Shown: positions 29,044-38,192 of the stretch, piece by piece
Position numbering within the stretch: position 1 is the stretch's first letter
How the letters are laid out: each line of letters begins with the position of its first letter
DNA from: a virus
DNA length: 64,000 nt
Direction: 5' to 3' (one strand)
IMG/VR virus record: IMGVR_UViG_2795386012_000004
Program-made: the position numbers and the translations under genes
The notes under the pieces: generated by a model
What the model saw: only the letters and a program-made list of their open reading frames with translations
The model's database searches: none
Told to the model about the DNA's origin: nothing

Positions 29044-29309
29044 ATTGACAACCCCAGTCCCTTTGCCGCGTTTTCCAATTCGCTCTCGTCGTCGCGTATC
29101 TCGTCCATCCATTGCAGCTTTACCAGGCGGTTCCCGTCGACCTTGCCAATGAGGAAGTCATCGGACTGTTCAAGGTCAACCGAGCCGTGACGGATCACTC
29201 CGCGCATGGTCTGACACCGCTTCATATCGCTGTAATAGGCGGTGCTGTATCCGATTTCGGGATTACCTTCGATGCGCGGCATGATGACGATGTATTCGTA
29301 GTGGGTCAT
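29040..29309 (-). CDS. hypothetical protein
   Basis: 89-aa ORF. Confidence 0.45.
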   Translation of the reverse strand: MTHYEYIVIMPRIEGNPEIGYSTAYYSDMKRCQTMRGVIRHGSVDLEQSDDFLIGKVDGNRLVKLQWMDEIRDDESELENAAKGLGLSI

Positions 29310-30015
29310 GCCGCATTCCTTTCAGTGTTGTTGTGTGCCTTGATGTCCGGTGACGGCGGCATGAGCCATTGCCAGCTCTGGTGGTTGCCGAGAGTGGACG
29401 GGGCGCCGACGACATAGCCACCCGCCCCGCGATAGTCGATGCCGGGCAGGAAGCCAGCACGGTTGCCGCGTCCGGTGGCCTTGACGTACAGGTGAATGCC
29501 AGCTGGTCGGCCCTCGGCGCGGTTGCCTGCGGTCACCACGTAGCCGTGAACGTCGGGCAGGCTGCCCGCCTGCTCCAGCTGCGCCAGGGACTCGCGGCCG
29601 CCCGGACCGGGGTCGATGTCGATCACATCGAAGGCGTGGCCGGTAGCAAGCCCAATGTTGTAGTTGGGGTTGCCGTTCCACCAGGCTTCGATGCGACGCC
29701 GGTTCGTGGTGGCGTCCTTGAATCCCTTGAGCGTGGCCGGTTCCTTGCTCCCGGCCTTGAGCGGGAACACCGGCCAGCCGAGGGCCTGGCTGTAGTACAG
29801 GGCTGAGCCGCGCAGGGTGGGCCGTTCGGCGGCATCGATGGTCGCGGCCAGCTTGTCGGCGCGTGCGTCGTCACCGGCCTGCGCAGCGGCAAGAAACTCG
29901 GCGCACTGAATGTCGACGGCGGTCGGCTTCGGCGCGCACGTCGGGTGCGCCGTGTCATCAATGCTGGTGACCAACATGGCCTCACCGCACGAGCGGCATG
30001 TGCTGAACAGCCTCA
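29306..30015 (-). CDS. bifunctional DNA primase/polymerase (Prim-Pol) domain protein
   Basis: ALYYSQALGWPVFPLKAGSKEP..KGFKDATT..NIGLATG..DVIDID motifs of the Prim-Pol N-terminal domain. Confidence 0.7.
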
Positions 30016-30291
30016 TGCGATGGCCTCGACGCGAAACTGGCCGTCGATGTTGTAGCCGATACGCCACGCGCGGCCCAGCGGCGTGACGCGCACCACGGGG
30101 CGGTCGACGGTGGCCACGCGGTCGTTGCGATGGGACACAGGCGACCGCACGACACCCAACGCGCCCTCAGGGAGGATCACATCACCGCCGGGTGAGCCGT
30201 TCCACGACACCCGGTAGAAGGCGCCATCTATCTTGCGGGCGACGCACCGATTCTCGGACGGGTCGCGCATCTCGTGCTGTGCCATAGTCAC
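30013..30291 (-). CDS. hypothetical protein
   Basis: 92-aa ORF. Confidence 0.4.
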   Translation of the reverse strand: MTMAQHEMRDPSENRCVARKIDGAFYRVSWNGSPGGDVILPEGALGVVRSPVSHRNDRVATVDRPVVRVTPLGRAWRIGYNIDGQFRVEAIA

Positions 30292-31484
30292 TGCCCCTTC
30301 ACGTTCATGACCTGGCGCAGCTCGGCGACGACCTCAACCAGCTCGGCGGCGTCGTCCATCACAACGTCAATGTCCTTGTACGCCTGCGGAATCTCATCGA
30401 CCCATGCATCGCCGTGGCGGTACTCGATACCGACCATGGCCTTGGCCAAGTCGTCGGCGGTGAACAGTTCGCGGGCCTTGGTACGCGAGAACCGGCGTCC
30501 GGCGCCGTGCGGTGCTGAATACAGGCCTGCCGGGTTGCCCTTGCCACGCACCACATACGAGCGGGTGCCCATCGAGCCGGGGATGACGCCCATAACACCC
30601 TCATTGGCGTCGATAGCGCCCTTGCGGGTCAGCCACACATCGACGTTCCCGATCTTCTGCCGGGCGGTGTAGTTGTGGTGGCAGTTGATGCGCTCGACCT
30701 CGATACTGGCCACCTCGTCGGCATTGGTCGGGTCGGCGCCCATCCAGTGCGCGAATGCCCGCAGAAAGCGATCCATCATTTCGGCGCGGTTGTACAGGGC
30801 GAACCGCTGCGCCCAAATCAATTCCTTGATGTACGACTTGAATTCGTCAGTGCCCTCGGCCAGGTAGGCGAGGTCACGGTTCGGCAGGTCGATCCAGTAG
30901 CGCTTGCACAAGTCCTGAGCCACCTTGATGTGCTTCTGGGCGATCTTGTTGCCGACACCGCGCGAGCCGGAGTGCAGGAATAGCCAAACCCGCTCGTAGT
31001 TGTCGACGCACAGTTCGATGAAATGGTTGCCGCCGCCGAGGCTGCCCAGCTGCTCGCGCCACTTCGGCGAGTGCGACAGATCAACGTCGTACTTGGCCAT
31101 GCGCTCAAGATCAGCGATCTTCTCGGCAGTGAAGTCGAACCGGTCCAGGCTCCGGTTGTAGTTGCCTGGGGACAGCGGGATGGCCGACTCCACCGAGGCG
31201 CGCAGCTTCGACAAGTCGCGGCCGTCGATATGGGCACGGACGTAGGCGGTGCGCACCGCGATCATGCCGCACCCGATGTCTACACCGACCGCCGCCGGGA
31301 TGACAGCGCCGACTGTGGGGATGACGGTGCCAACCGCCGAGCCCTTGCCGCTGTGTGCATCCGGCATGAGCGCAACGTGCGGGTGGATGAACGGCATAGA
31401 GGCCGTTTCCTTGGCCTGCTCGATGGTGTTGTCATCGATCTGGCTGGCGAAGTTCAACAGGTTGTGGCCGGGGATGCGATTCAC
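30288..31484 (-). CDS. rtcB: RtcB-family RNA ligase
   Basis: MPDAHSGKGSAVG, GGNHFIEL, HSGSRGVGN, HNY and PHGAGR motifs; GTG start 31484 with GAGAGG RBS. Confidence 0.85.
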   Translation of the reverse strand: MNRIPGHNLLNFASQIDDNTIEQAKETASMPFIHPHVALMPDAHSGKGSAVGTVIPTVGAVIPAAVGVDIGCGMIAVRTAYVRAHIDGRDLSKLRASVESAIPLSPGNYNRSLDRFDFTAEKIADLERMAKYDVDLSHSPKWREQLGSLGGGNHFIELCVDNYERVWLFLHSGSRGVGNKIAQKHIKVAQDLCKRYWIDLPNRDLAYLAEGTDEFKSYIKELIWAQRFALYNRAEMMDRFLRAFAHWMGADPTNADEVASIEVERINCHHNYTARQKIGNVDVWLTRKGAIDANEGVMGVIPGSMGTRSYVVRGKGNPAGLYSAPHGAGRRFSRTKARELFTADDLAKAMVGIEYRHGDAWVDEIPQAYKDIDVVMDDAAELVEVVAELRQVMNVKGQ

Positions 31485-31556
31485 TGCGGTTGCCTCTCTG
31501 GTGGTTTCTGGACGGCTGACGGCGGGGCAGGGGGACACCCGCCGCCAGCCGCCGCC

Positions 31557-32423
31557 TTACTTGACGGGAATGGTGGGGACAGGGGTCGTGGGCCAGCACA
31601 GAAGCGCCAAGCCCTTCTCGCGGGCGATGTCCAAGCACTTCGACACCAAGACGTTGGGGTCGCGCGAGACCGAAGCAGCCAGGTTGGCGTTGGCTGCCGC
31701 CTGCGCCAGGGCCGTCATCTTGGCCTGCTCGGCGACAGCGGTCGCCGCGCGCTCTTGGTTCAGCTGGTTGATCTTCTGCTCAGTGCCGTCGTCGTAGTCG
31801 ATGGTGGGCACCGCAACGTCCAGAATCTCGACCTGACTGCCGACCTTCGCGGCCAGAATGTTCTTCGCCTGCGTCGACAGCTCGGGCAGCGGCGAACGGT
31901 CAAGGTTCTTCGGCGCCAGAGGATCGAACGTTGCGAACACCTCGTTGAGGGCAACCTGTAGGTTGCGGGTCACCAGGTTGATGCGCACGTTGTCGAATGT
32001 CTTGTATTGCAAGAACAATTCGGGCGCCGCGTCCGGCTTGATCTGCCAGCGCACCGACACGTCAGCGTCCGCCGTCGAGCTGTTGCCCAGCCGGACCTTG
32101 ATACGTCCACCGTCCTTGTGCTGGTCGATCTGCACGGCGCCGTCCATCTCGGTTACCGAGGTGACCGGCGACTTGAGATGCAGGCCGTTGGTGAGCGTCG
32201 TGCCAGTGGGTCGGCCGAACTTCGTCTCGATGCCGATCTGGCGCGTGCCAACGACGGTCGTCGCGGCGAACGCGAAGAACACGAGGCCGACGATTCCGGC
32301 GACAATCGCGCCTGCGAAGCTCCCCGCGCGCTCTTCGCCCCGGGCGAAGATGCCGATGATCACGCCAATGACGGCGAGCACCGCCAGGACGATGAAAATC
32401 CACATGGATACGGGCATGGTCAA
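31557..32423 (-). CDS. SPFH/band-7 (stomatin/prohibitin-like) membrane protein
   Basis: N-terminal transmembrane helix followed by SPFH-type core and Ala/Gln-rich coiled-coil C-terminus. Confidence 0.7.
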   Translation of the reverse strand: MTMPVSMWIFIVLAVLAVIGVIIGIFARGEERAGSFAGAIVAGIVGLVFFAFAATTVVGTRQIGIETKFGRPTGTTLTNGLHLKSPVTSVTEMDGAVQIDQHKDGGRIKVRLGNSSTADADVSVRWQIKPDAAPELFLQYKTFDNVRINLVTRNLQVALNEVFATFDPLAPKNLDRSPLPELSTQAKNILAAKVGSQVEILDVAVPTIDYDDGTEQKINQLNQERAATAVAEQAKMTALAQAAANANLAASVSRDPNVLVSKCLDIAREKGLALLCWPTTPVPTIPVK

Positions 32424-32890
32424 TTGCCTTCCTTGGTGAGTTCAGTAGCGGACTTGAACAGGAATCCGAGGTTGCGGAAACCCCACTGGGACAGGGTGCT
32501 TGTCGATATGGTTTCGCCGTCGATAACCGACAGCGCTGACTTGAGCTGATTCAGTGTCGAGACGTTGAGGTGAGGCACGGGCTTGACTTGGTTGTATCCG
32601 GGTTTCGAGTTCGGTTCCCACGTCACATAACTGACGTTGCGGTTGTAGCCGTCCGGGTCTGGGCCAATCGCGTTGGAAATGTCCCTGTCAGTAACGACCT
32701 GGCCTGCTTTGAGCTTGGTCGTCAACATGTCCCGCAGGCTGCGGAGGCGGGGGACCGCCTCGGCGTCCCACTTCTCACGCCGCTTGCGCTGCCATTCCTT
32801 GACCTCGGCGTCGTATCGCTGCTGGTCTTCTATGTGGGCTTTCATGGTGCTCTCGATGACATCGAGTAGCGCCGCCTTGCTGATAGCCAT
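32420..32890 (-). CDS. hypothetical protein translationally coupled to SPFH gene
   Basis: 156-aa ORF; ATGA overlap with SPFH gene start. Confidence 0.45.
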   Translation of the reverse strand: MAISKAALLDVIESTMKAHIEDQQRYDAEVKEWQRKRREKWDAEAVPRLRSLRDMLTTKLKAGQVVTDRDISNAIGPDPDGYNRNVSYVTWEPNSKPGYNQVKPVPHLNVSTLNQLKSALSVIDGETISTSTLSQWGFRNLGFLFKSATELTKEGN

Positions 32891-33019
32891 AGCTTAAATC
32901 CTTTCTATGCCTTGGAATTTGGGGGGTTCTGGTGACATGGGCCAGGCTGCCACTGCGCGCCCAATGCCTGCATTGGCGCGCTGGCCCATGTCCTCACCGC
33001 AGGCGCGACCAGCCGTCGA

Positions 33020-33454
33020 TCAGAACGGCGGAGTGGAATCGTCGGCGGGTGCTGAGGTCTGCGCCGCCGCGACCGGGCCACCGGCACCGCGCGCCACCTT
33101 GATGCCGAACACCTTCACGGTGCCGTTCTGCGTCTTGGTGAAGTCCTCCAGCGTGATCTTCACCAGGTCACCGGCCTCCAGTGCCGCCGCCTTAACGGCA
33201 CGCTTGAGCGACACCTGTCCGCAGGTGATGTTGACCAGATCCCCAGCCGGAAAGTCGGTGCGCTGTCCCGCCTTGTTGAATGAGGCGGCAGCCTCGGTGA
33301 GTTCGACCGTCAGTAGCGGGCAAGTGCCGCCGTTGAAGTCGGTGCCGCCGCGCTCGGCGTACTCCAGCACCTTGCCGGTCACGTGCTGACCCTTGGCGTC
33401 ACCCCATCCGACAAACGCCCCCTGTGGAACGTCGATGTCTTCCCATGCAGTCAT
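33020..33454 (-). CDS. hypothetical protein
   Basis: 144-aa ORF upstream of exonuclease gene. Confidence 0.45.
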   Translation of the reverse strand: MTAWEDIDVPQGAFVGWGDAKGQHVTGKVLEYAERGGTDFNGGTCPLLTVELTEAAASFNKAGQRTDFPAGDLVNITCGQVSLKRAVKAAALEAGDLVKITLEDFTKTQNGTVKVFGIKVARGAGGPVAAAQTSAPADDSTPPF

Positions 33455-33472
33455 GTTTCGTATTCCCTTCTG

Positions 33473-34570
33473 TTACTTACTGGTTGGTGCCAACAACTGT
33501 TGGCGTTCAAGGCATGCCGCCTTGAGGTCTTCGGTTAACTCGCCGCGCTCGACGGCTTCTTTCCAGAGGTCGCGCAAGGCATCGACGTTGGCGCACAAAC
33601 CAACCCGCTCCATGAGCGGCACATCGGGGCCAAGCTCGATGAGTCGCCCCAGGGTCTCCAACTTGCGGCGCAAACCCTTCTGATGCTTGTCACGGGCCAC
33701 CTTGCAGTCGGCCCACCCCTTCGTCAGGTCAGCCCAAAACAGTTCGCACCTGGCTTGTTTCATCGGCAGGTGGATGACGATGCCGCGCTTCTGGTCGACC
33801 GGTTCGGCGTCCAACCTCACCTCGGCCTGCGGGTCATAGGGGCGGCTGCGCGAGTACATCGCTAGCTGTGCCTCCACCATCCGGGGATGCAGGGTGCCCG
33901 TCTTGAGGTCGACAATCTTCGGTCGCCCCTGACGCTTGCCGTTGGCGCTGTAGCTCGACACCCGGTCAGGCGTGCCCGCGACCCGGTAGGGGTCGAAGAC
34001 GTGCATCTGCTCGGCTGCGTGATGGGTGAGGCAGCGCGTGGCCATCCGGTAGGCCTCCACGTCGCGGTTCACCTCGGCGACCGGAACCGGCTCCAGTTGC
34101 TTGGTGTTTTCGTTCCACCACTGGCGGGGCATCATGTCGCCCTTGTCGATGGCGTCGGTGATCTGGTGGAGCATCGAGCCCCATTCCTGCTTTTCGTCGC
34201 GGCCTGCCAGCCGTGCTGCGCGCCGGGCGATGTCGGACAGCTCGCGCGGTTCACCAGCCCACGCCATCAGCTCTTTACGTAGCTCCGGCGACATCACCAG
34301 ACCGGCCAAGGTGAGGCGTTCGGTCCAGATGCGCAGGCCTTCGCCGCCGTCCTCCAGCTGGTCAATAAAGTTGGTGGTGCGCTGGTACGGGTAGCGCTTG
34401 CTGCCGTCCTCGGCCATGATCAACGGCTGGTTGTTGCCGTTGCGGTACACGCCGAAGTGGTCGCGTTCCGGGCCGGGCTCAACGTCTGGCACGGCGTCCC
34501 AGTCGATTTCGGTGGTCATGACAGGCACCCCCACGACGCGCAACCAGGAACGCCGCACAGCTTCGTGCAA
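33473..34570 (-). CDS. PD-(D/E)XK-family nuclease (phage exonuclease-like)
   Basis: IVDLKTG (D-x-K) motif and upstream acidic residues; 365 aa. Confidence 0.5.
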   Translation of the reverse strand: MHEAVRRSWLRVVGVPVMTTEIDWDAVPDVEPGPERDHFGVYRNGNNQPLIMAEDGSKRYPYQRTTNFIDQLEDGGEGLRIWTERLTLAGLVMSPELRKELMAWAGEPRELSDIARRAARLAGRDEKQEWGSMLHQITDAIDKGDMMPRQWWNENTKQLEPVPVAEVNRDVEAYRMATRCLTHHAAEQMHVFDPYRVAGTPDRVSSYSANGKRQGRPKIVDLKTGTLHPRMVEAQLAMYSRSRPYDPQAEVRLDAEPVDQKRGIVIHLPMKQARCELFWADLTKGWADCKVARDKHQKGLRRKLETLGRLIELGPDVPLMERVGLCANVDALRDLWKEAVERGELTEDLKAACLERQQLLAPTSK

Positions 34571-34755
34571 TCACCTTGGCGGGCCGGATTGTCGTCACCG
34601 TTCGTTGGCGCCTGATCCTTGGCCCGCGTCAAGGCGATGTCTCCGAGCTTTATCCCGGCACCTTCGATCACATCGGCCATGCGCAGCCTGATCAGCTCGG
34701 GATGCTCATTCGTCTCGATGAATGCCGAGACCTCGTATGCCGTCATCAGAAGCAC
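34516..34755 (-). CDS. hypothetical protein
   Basis: 79-aa ORF. Confidence 0.35.
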   Translation of the reverse strand: MLLMTAYEVSAFIETNEHPELIRLRMADVIEGAGIKLGDIALTRAKDQAPTNGDDNPARQGDCTKLCGVPGCASWGCLS

Positions 34756-34994
34756 CCGCCAGCGTGTTCAAGGTGGCAGTCCGGGCACACCGACACCAGC
34801 GCCGCGTCGGCCTCGGCGTCGACATCGATATCGCACTTGACGTGCTCGTAGTGACCGCCGACAGCCCGGCGGATACGCTCGCCAGGGAAGATGTCTTCGC
34901 CGCACTTGCCGCAGACGCCATGGTGTGCCGCCCTGAATCCGTCATCGACTTCGACGGTCTCCCAGTCGATATCGCTCACTTCGACCGCCTCCAA
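34746..34994 (-). CDS. zinc-ribbon hypothetical protein
   Basis: CGKCGE..CPDC cysteine pairs. Confidence 0.4.
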   Translation of the reverse strand: MEAVEVSDIDWETVEVDDGFRAAHHGVCGKCGEDIFPGERIRRAVGGHYEHVKCDIDVDAEADAALVSVCPDCHLEHAGGCF

Positions 34995-35329
34995 TCCTGG
35001 AGATAGACGCGAAAGAAGTTGGACGACTGCAACTCAAGGGCAACGCTGTTGCCGCCCTGAATCTCGATTCCCCCGTCACGGATGGCGACGCCGATCTGAT
35101 CGAACGCGCTGCCACTTCCTGAAGGGGAGAAGTAGACGGTCTGGTATCCGTCCTTGTCGTCAATGTAGATCGGATTGGTGTAGTCGCCGTACCAGATTCG
35201 CGACTTAGTGATCGTGGCCAGGTGGGCGTTGAGCTTGTCTTCGGCGGCGACGCGGCCTATCCGAGCCTTCGCCAATTGCTCACGCGCCCAGGCGGGTAGC
35301 TTCGCCTCGCGAGGATCGATGTCACTCAC
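34976..35329 (-). CDS. hypothetical protein
   Basis: GTG start after upstream stop; longer track ORF overlaps neighbour. Confidence 0.35.
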   Translation of the reverse strand: MSDIDPREAKLPAWAREQLAKARIGRVAAEDKLNAHLATITKSRIWYGDYTNPIYIDDKDGYQTVYFSPSGSGSAFDQIGVAIRDGGIEIQGGNSVALELQSSNFFRVYLQDWRRSK

Positions 35330-35331
35330 AA

Positions 35332-35565
35332 TCAGCTGCCTTTCTTGATGAATCGCCCATTCGGGCCACGGTCGGGAGTGATGATGAAGTGGTTCCACTT
35401 CTGAAACACGGCGACGACCTCGCCGCCCCACGAAGACGTGGAGAGGATGAGTCGACCGTCTGCGTCGATCTGATATCCGTTGGCGCGCGGTACCTCAATG
35501 TCCTCGGTGGTCTGCGTGGGCAGGATGCCGCTGACGCTGACGATGGCCCGCACCACGGCGCTCAT
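35332..35565 (-). CDS. hypothetical protein (77 aa)
   Basis: ATG 35565 in ATGA overlap with a small upstream ORF. Confidence 0.35.
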   Translation of the reverse strand: MSAVVRAIVSVSGILPTQTTEDIEVPRANGYQIDADGRLILSTSSWGGEVVAVFQKWNHFIITPDRGPNGRFIKKGS

Positions 35566-35732
35566 CGGCGTGCATCCATCTGCTCGGCGCGCTTGATTGC
35601 GGCCTGCACGGTCTTGAACTTCTTGGCTAGCACGCGACAGGTCCCCGCAGCTTCCATTACCCGGTAATGGCCGTCCCAGTGCCGTACTACATAGCCTCCG
35701 ACCGCAATCCGTGTATCGTCCAATGTCGTCAT
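35562..35732 (-). CDS. small hypothetical protein (56 aa; not in ORF track)
   Basis: MTTLDDTRIAVGGYVVRHWDGHYRV.. with ATGA overlaps at both ends (35729-35732 and 35562-35565). Confidence 0.35.
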   Translation of the reverse strand: MTTLDDTRIAVGGYVVRHWDGHYRVMEAAGTCRVLAKKFKTVQAAIKRAEQMDARR

Positions 35733-36166
35733 TCCGGTTCCTTGATGTCGAATAGTGCTGCGCCGCCGTTAATTCGGTCGGCATCGTGATGCTGTTTGCA
35801 GAGCTGGCACAGCATGCGGATGTTGGTCAGCGACAGATTGGTGTCGTCGCCGTCAAGCGGCACCGCGACCAGGACGACCTTGCCGATACCGCCGCCCATG
35901 TCTTCGCCTTCGCCCCACTGGCAGGTGCGCGATGCGAAGTGCAGATGTCCGCATTCGCCCCTGCACTCGCAGTGGTTTTTCGCGCGGCGCTTCGCCTCGG
36001 CTACCGCGTCACGGCGGGCCGCGCGCTGCTCCAGCTGCGCTGCCCGGCCCTGCGCCATTGCCCTGGTGGGGTAGGAGGCTTTCTCGGCGAAGTCCCCATT
36101 GCCGAAGCGCTTCACAACGCGGTAGCGCCCGTTGAAGACCTCGCGCACGCCGTACCGGGCGCTCAT
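35729..36166 (-). CDS. HNH endonuclease-like protein
   Basis: CECRGECGHLH..NIRMLCQLCKQHHD; homologous to 57294..57656. Confidence 0.55.
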   Translation of the reverse strand: MSARYGVREVFNGRYRVVKRFGNGDFAEKASYPTRAMAQGRAAQLEQRAARRDAVAEAKRRAKNHCECRGECGHLHFASRTCQWGEGEDMGGGIGKVVLVAVPLDGDDTNLSLTNIRMLCQLCKQHHDADRINGGAALFDIKEPE

Positions 36167-36408
36167 GACCCGCCGCCGCCCGCCTCGTAGACGCGGCCAA
36201 TGACCTGCAATGTGCGGTATGCCTGTTCGAAGTCGACCACCTTGATTGGCTCCAGGTCCTCGGCAATGCCCGTCACGTCAACAACCCACTGCGGGGTCGG
36301 CTCGCCGCCGTACATCTCGGGGTAGGCCGTCGCCAATGGGTCCTCCAGCCCAACGACACGTACATCGAAGGTGTCACCGTTCTGGTCAATCAGGTAGCTC
36401 ATAGCCAC
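36163..36408 (-). CDS. hypothetical protein
   Basis: 81-aa ORF. Confidence 0.4.
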   Translation of the reverse strand: MAMSYLIDQNGDTFDVRVVGLEDPLATAYPEMYGGEPTPQWVVDVTGIAEDLEPIKVVDFEQAYRTLQVIGRVYEAGGGGS

Positions 36409-36584
36409 CCCGCTTCAACCGCGACGATGCCGACGATGAACAGGGTCACGATGATCATCAGCGCGTGAGCCCAGGCGTCAGAGGGCGTCGACATCTGCCC
36501 TTGCCGGCATTTTTGGCAGACCTCGCCGCCCATGGGGCGCATGACAACCCGGCCGCACCCGCCGCAGACAGTGGCGGTGTTCAT
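36399..36584 (-). CDS. small zinc-ribbon membrane protein
   Basis: CGGCGR..CQKCRQ plus C-terminal hydrophobic helix; start at ATGA overlap. Confidence 0.4.
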   Translation of the reverse strand: MNTATVCGGCGRVVMRPMGGEVCQKCRQGQMSTPSDAWAHALMIIVTLFIVGIVAVEAGWL

Positions 36585-36982
36585 GACAGCGCACCTACCA
36601 TCGCGTTGGCCATCTGGACCGCTGCGGCCCACGGCTTCCCCTCGTCCTGGTACGCCTGCACCGCCCGGCACCAACCGCGCTGCTTGTGGGTTGCCGTGAT
36701 GCGCAGGCGAGACATCGCCGTATCGAGCGCGGTGCCCTCGGCCTGGATTAGAAGCCCCAGCGGGACACCGAGATTGGCCAGGGCGCGCCCACCAATGCAG
36801 TGCGGGCGATCATCCTTGCCGACGTACTTACATTCGGCTGTCTGGTCGGGGAACCGCTGCGCAAGCCTGCGAATCTCGGCGACCACCTCGGCACCCGTGA
36901 ATTCGAACGTCGGAAGCTCGTCGCGATCAACCGATTCACGCGGCAAGACCTTGAGCGGGGACACAGCACCGCTGTAGCTCAT
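36581..36982 (-). CDS. hypothetical protein
   Basis: 133-aa ORF. Confidence 0.45.
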   Translation of the reverse strand: MSYSGAVSPLKVLPRESVDRDELPTFEFTGAEVVAEIRRLAQRFPDQTAECKYVGKDDRPHCIGGRALANLGVPLGLLIQAEGTALDTAMSRLRITATHKQRGWCRAVQAYQDEGKPWAAAVQMANAMVGALS

Positions 36983-37254
36983 GACAGCGCCCCCGTCCGC
37001 ATGTCGAGGTAGAGAGCGCCAATCTGATGGAGTGCGTCGATAACCTCGTTGCGGCTATCGAACACAAAGCGCGGCAGGTTCCTGGCGGTCGGCGTCTTGA
37101 TATCTGCCATCCACTCGTCACCAACCTTGCGGGCATCTGCGAGGACGGCGTCAGCGGCGCGCAATTCGACCCTGTCCTCGCCGACCTCCACAACCTGCAC
37201 ATAGTTGACGGTGGCGGGAAGCTCACCGACTGTGTAAATGACGTTGATACTCAC
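36979..37254 (-). CDS. hypothetical protein (paralog A)
   Basis: GTGA overlap start; similar to 37251..37541 (IRVIGELTPPPP..VQVVEVHAGRIELRAGDQ vs INVIYTVGELPATVNYVQVVEVGEDRVELRAADA). Confidence 0.45.
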   Translation of the reverse strand: MSINVIYTVGELPATVNYVQVVEVGEDRVELRAADAVLADARKVGDEWMADIKTPTARNLPRFVFDSRNEVIDALHQIGALYLDMRTGALS

Positions 37255-37541
37255 TTGATTTCCCCTGTCTTGGCTGCCACGTAGATGTGCCCGGCCTGCG
37301 TCAGGGCGTCGATGGCTTCGGGTTTGCTGGTGACGATGAAGGCCGGATGGCTGGGGACACCGGGAATGGTGTGGGTGACCACCCATGGCGGGCCGCCGCT
37401 GAATACGTAGGCAACGCCGATGGTTTGGTCCCCGGCACGCAGCTCGATCCGGCCAGCGTGCACCTCTACGACCTGCACCGCTATCGGCTCGGGCGGCGGC
37501 GGCGTGAGTTCACCGATGACACGAATGACGTTGGTGCTCAT
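37251..37541 (-). CDS. hypothetical protein (paralog B)
   Basis: 96-aa ORF, tandem duplicate of neighbour. Confidence 0.45.
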   Translation of the reverse strand: MSTNVIRVIGELTPPPPEPIAVQVVEVHAGRIELRAGDQTIGVAYVFSGGPPWVVTHTIPGVPSHPAFIVTSKPEAIDALTQAGHIYVAAKTGEIK

Positions 37542-37836
37542 CGCTTTACCTCCACAGTGAGGCTTTCCAGCGCCTTGGCGATCTGCTCGTCGGCGATGGC
37601 ACGGGCCCGCTGTGCGGTGACGGGCGCGCCCTCAGCCAGGCCCGCGTCGTATCCGGCGGCGTACGCCTCTGCGACGGCTCGCGCGCCGTCCAGGGCTTCG
37701 GGGCGGTTTTCCGCATCGAAGTACGGGCCGGGCGTTTCCGGTTCAACGCGTCGGCCGTCGACTGTGGCGATGATCTTGTCGTTAACCTTGAAGACCTGCG
37801 CGCCGTCTTCGCGGGACTGTGTGTATTGAGTGCTCA
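37538..37836 (-). CDS. hypothetical protein
   Basis: Start MSTQYTQSRED at 37836. Confidence 0.4.
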
Positions 37837-37970
37837 TTGGTTTTCGTGCCTTTCCTTGGTGTTGGTGATGACGACGACAGCGCCGGATTGGACTTGTTGC
37901 CAAGCCCATTGCGCCGCCGAGACTGTGCTGGCGGTGTCGATGCGTTTCCCGCCGTCCGTGCGACCGCTGA

Positions 37971-38192
37971 TCACGAGCGCGCCCAGGATCGGGCCTTCGT
38001 GATTTGCTCTTGGCGGATTTCAGCGATGAGCTGATTCAGGTCGGATGCAATCTCTTCGGCGGCGCCAACCTCCAGCAGGATGCTTACCGAATGGTCCTGG
38101 GCGTCAATGGAAATGTTGTATCCGCTGCGCTCGACCCGAAGCCACGCACTTCCGCTTTGCCCAGTCGACACGTGGGCTGGTGCGGCGCTCAT
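37971..38192 (-). CDS. hypothetical protein
   Basis: 73-aa ORF. Confidence 0.35.
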   Translation of the reverse strand: MSAAPAHVSTGQSGSAWLRVERSGYNISIDAQDHSVSILLEVGAAEEIASDLNQLIAEIRQEQITKARSWARS

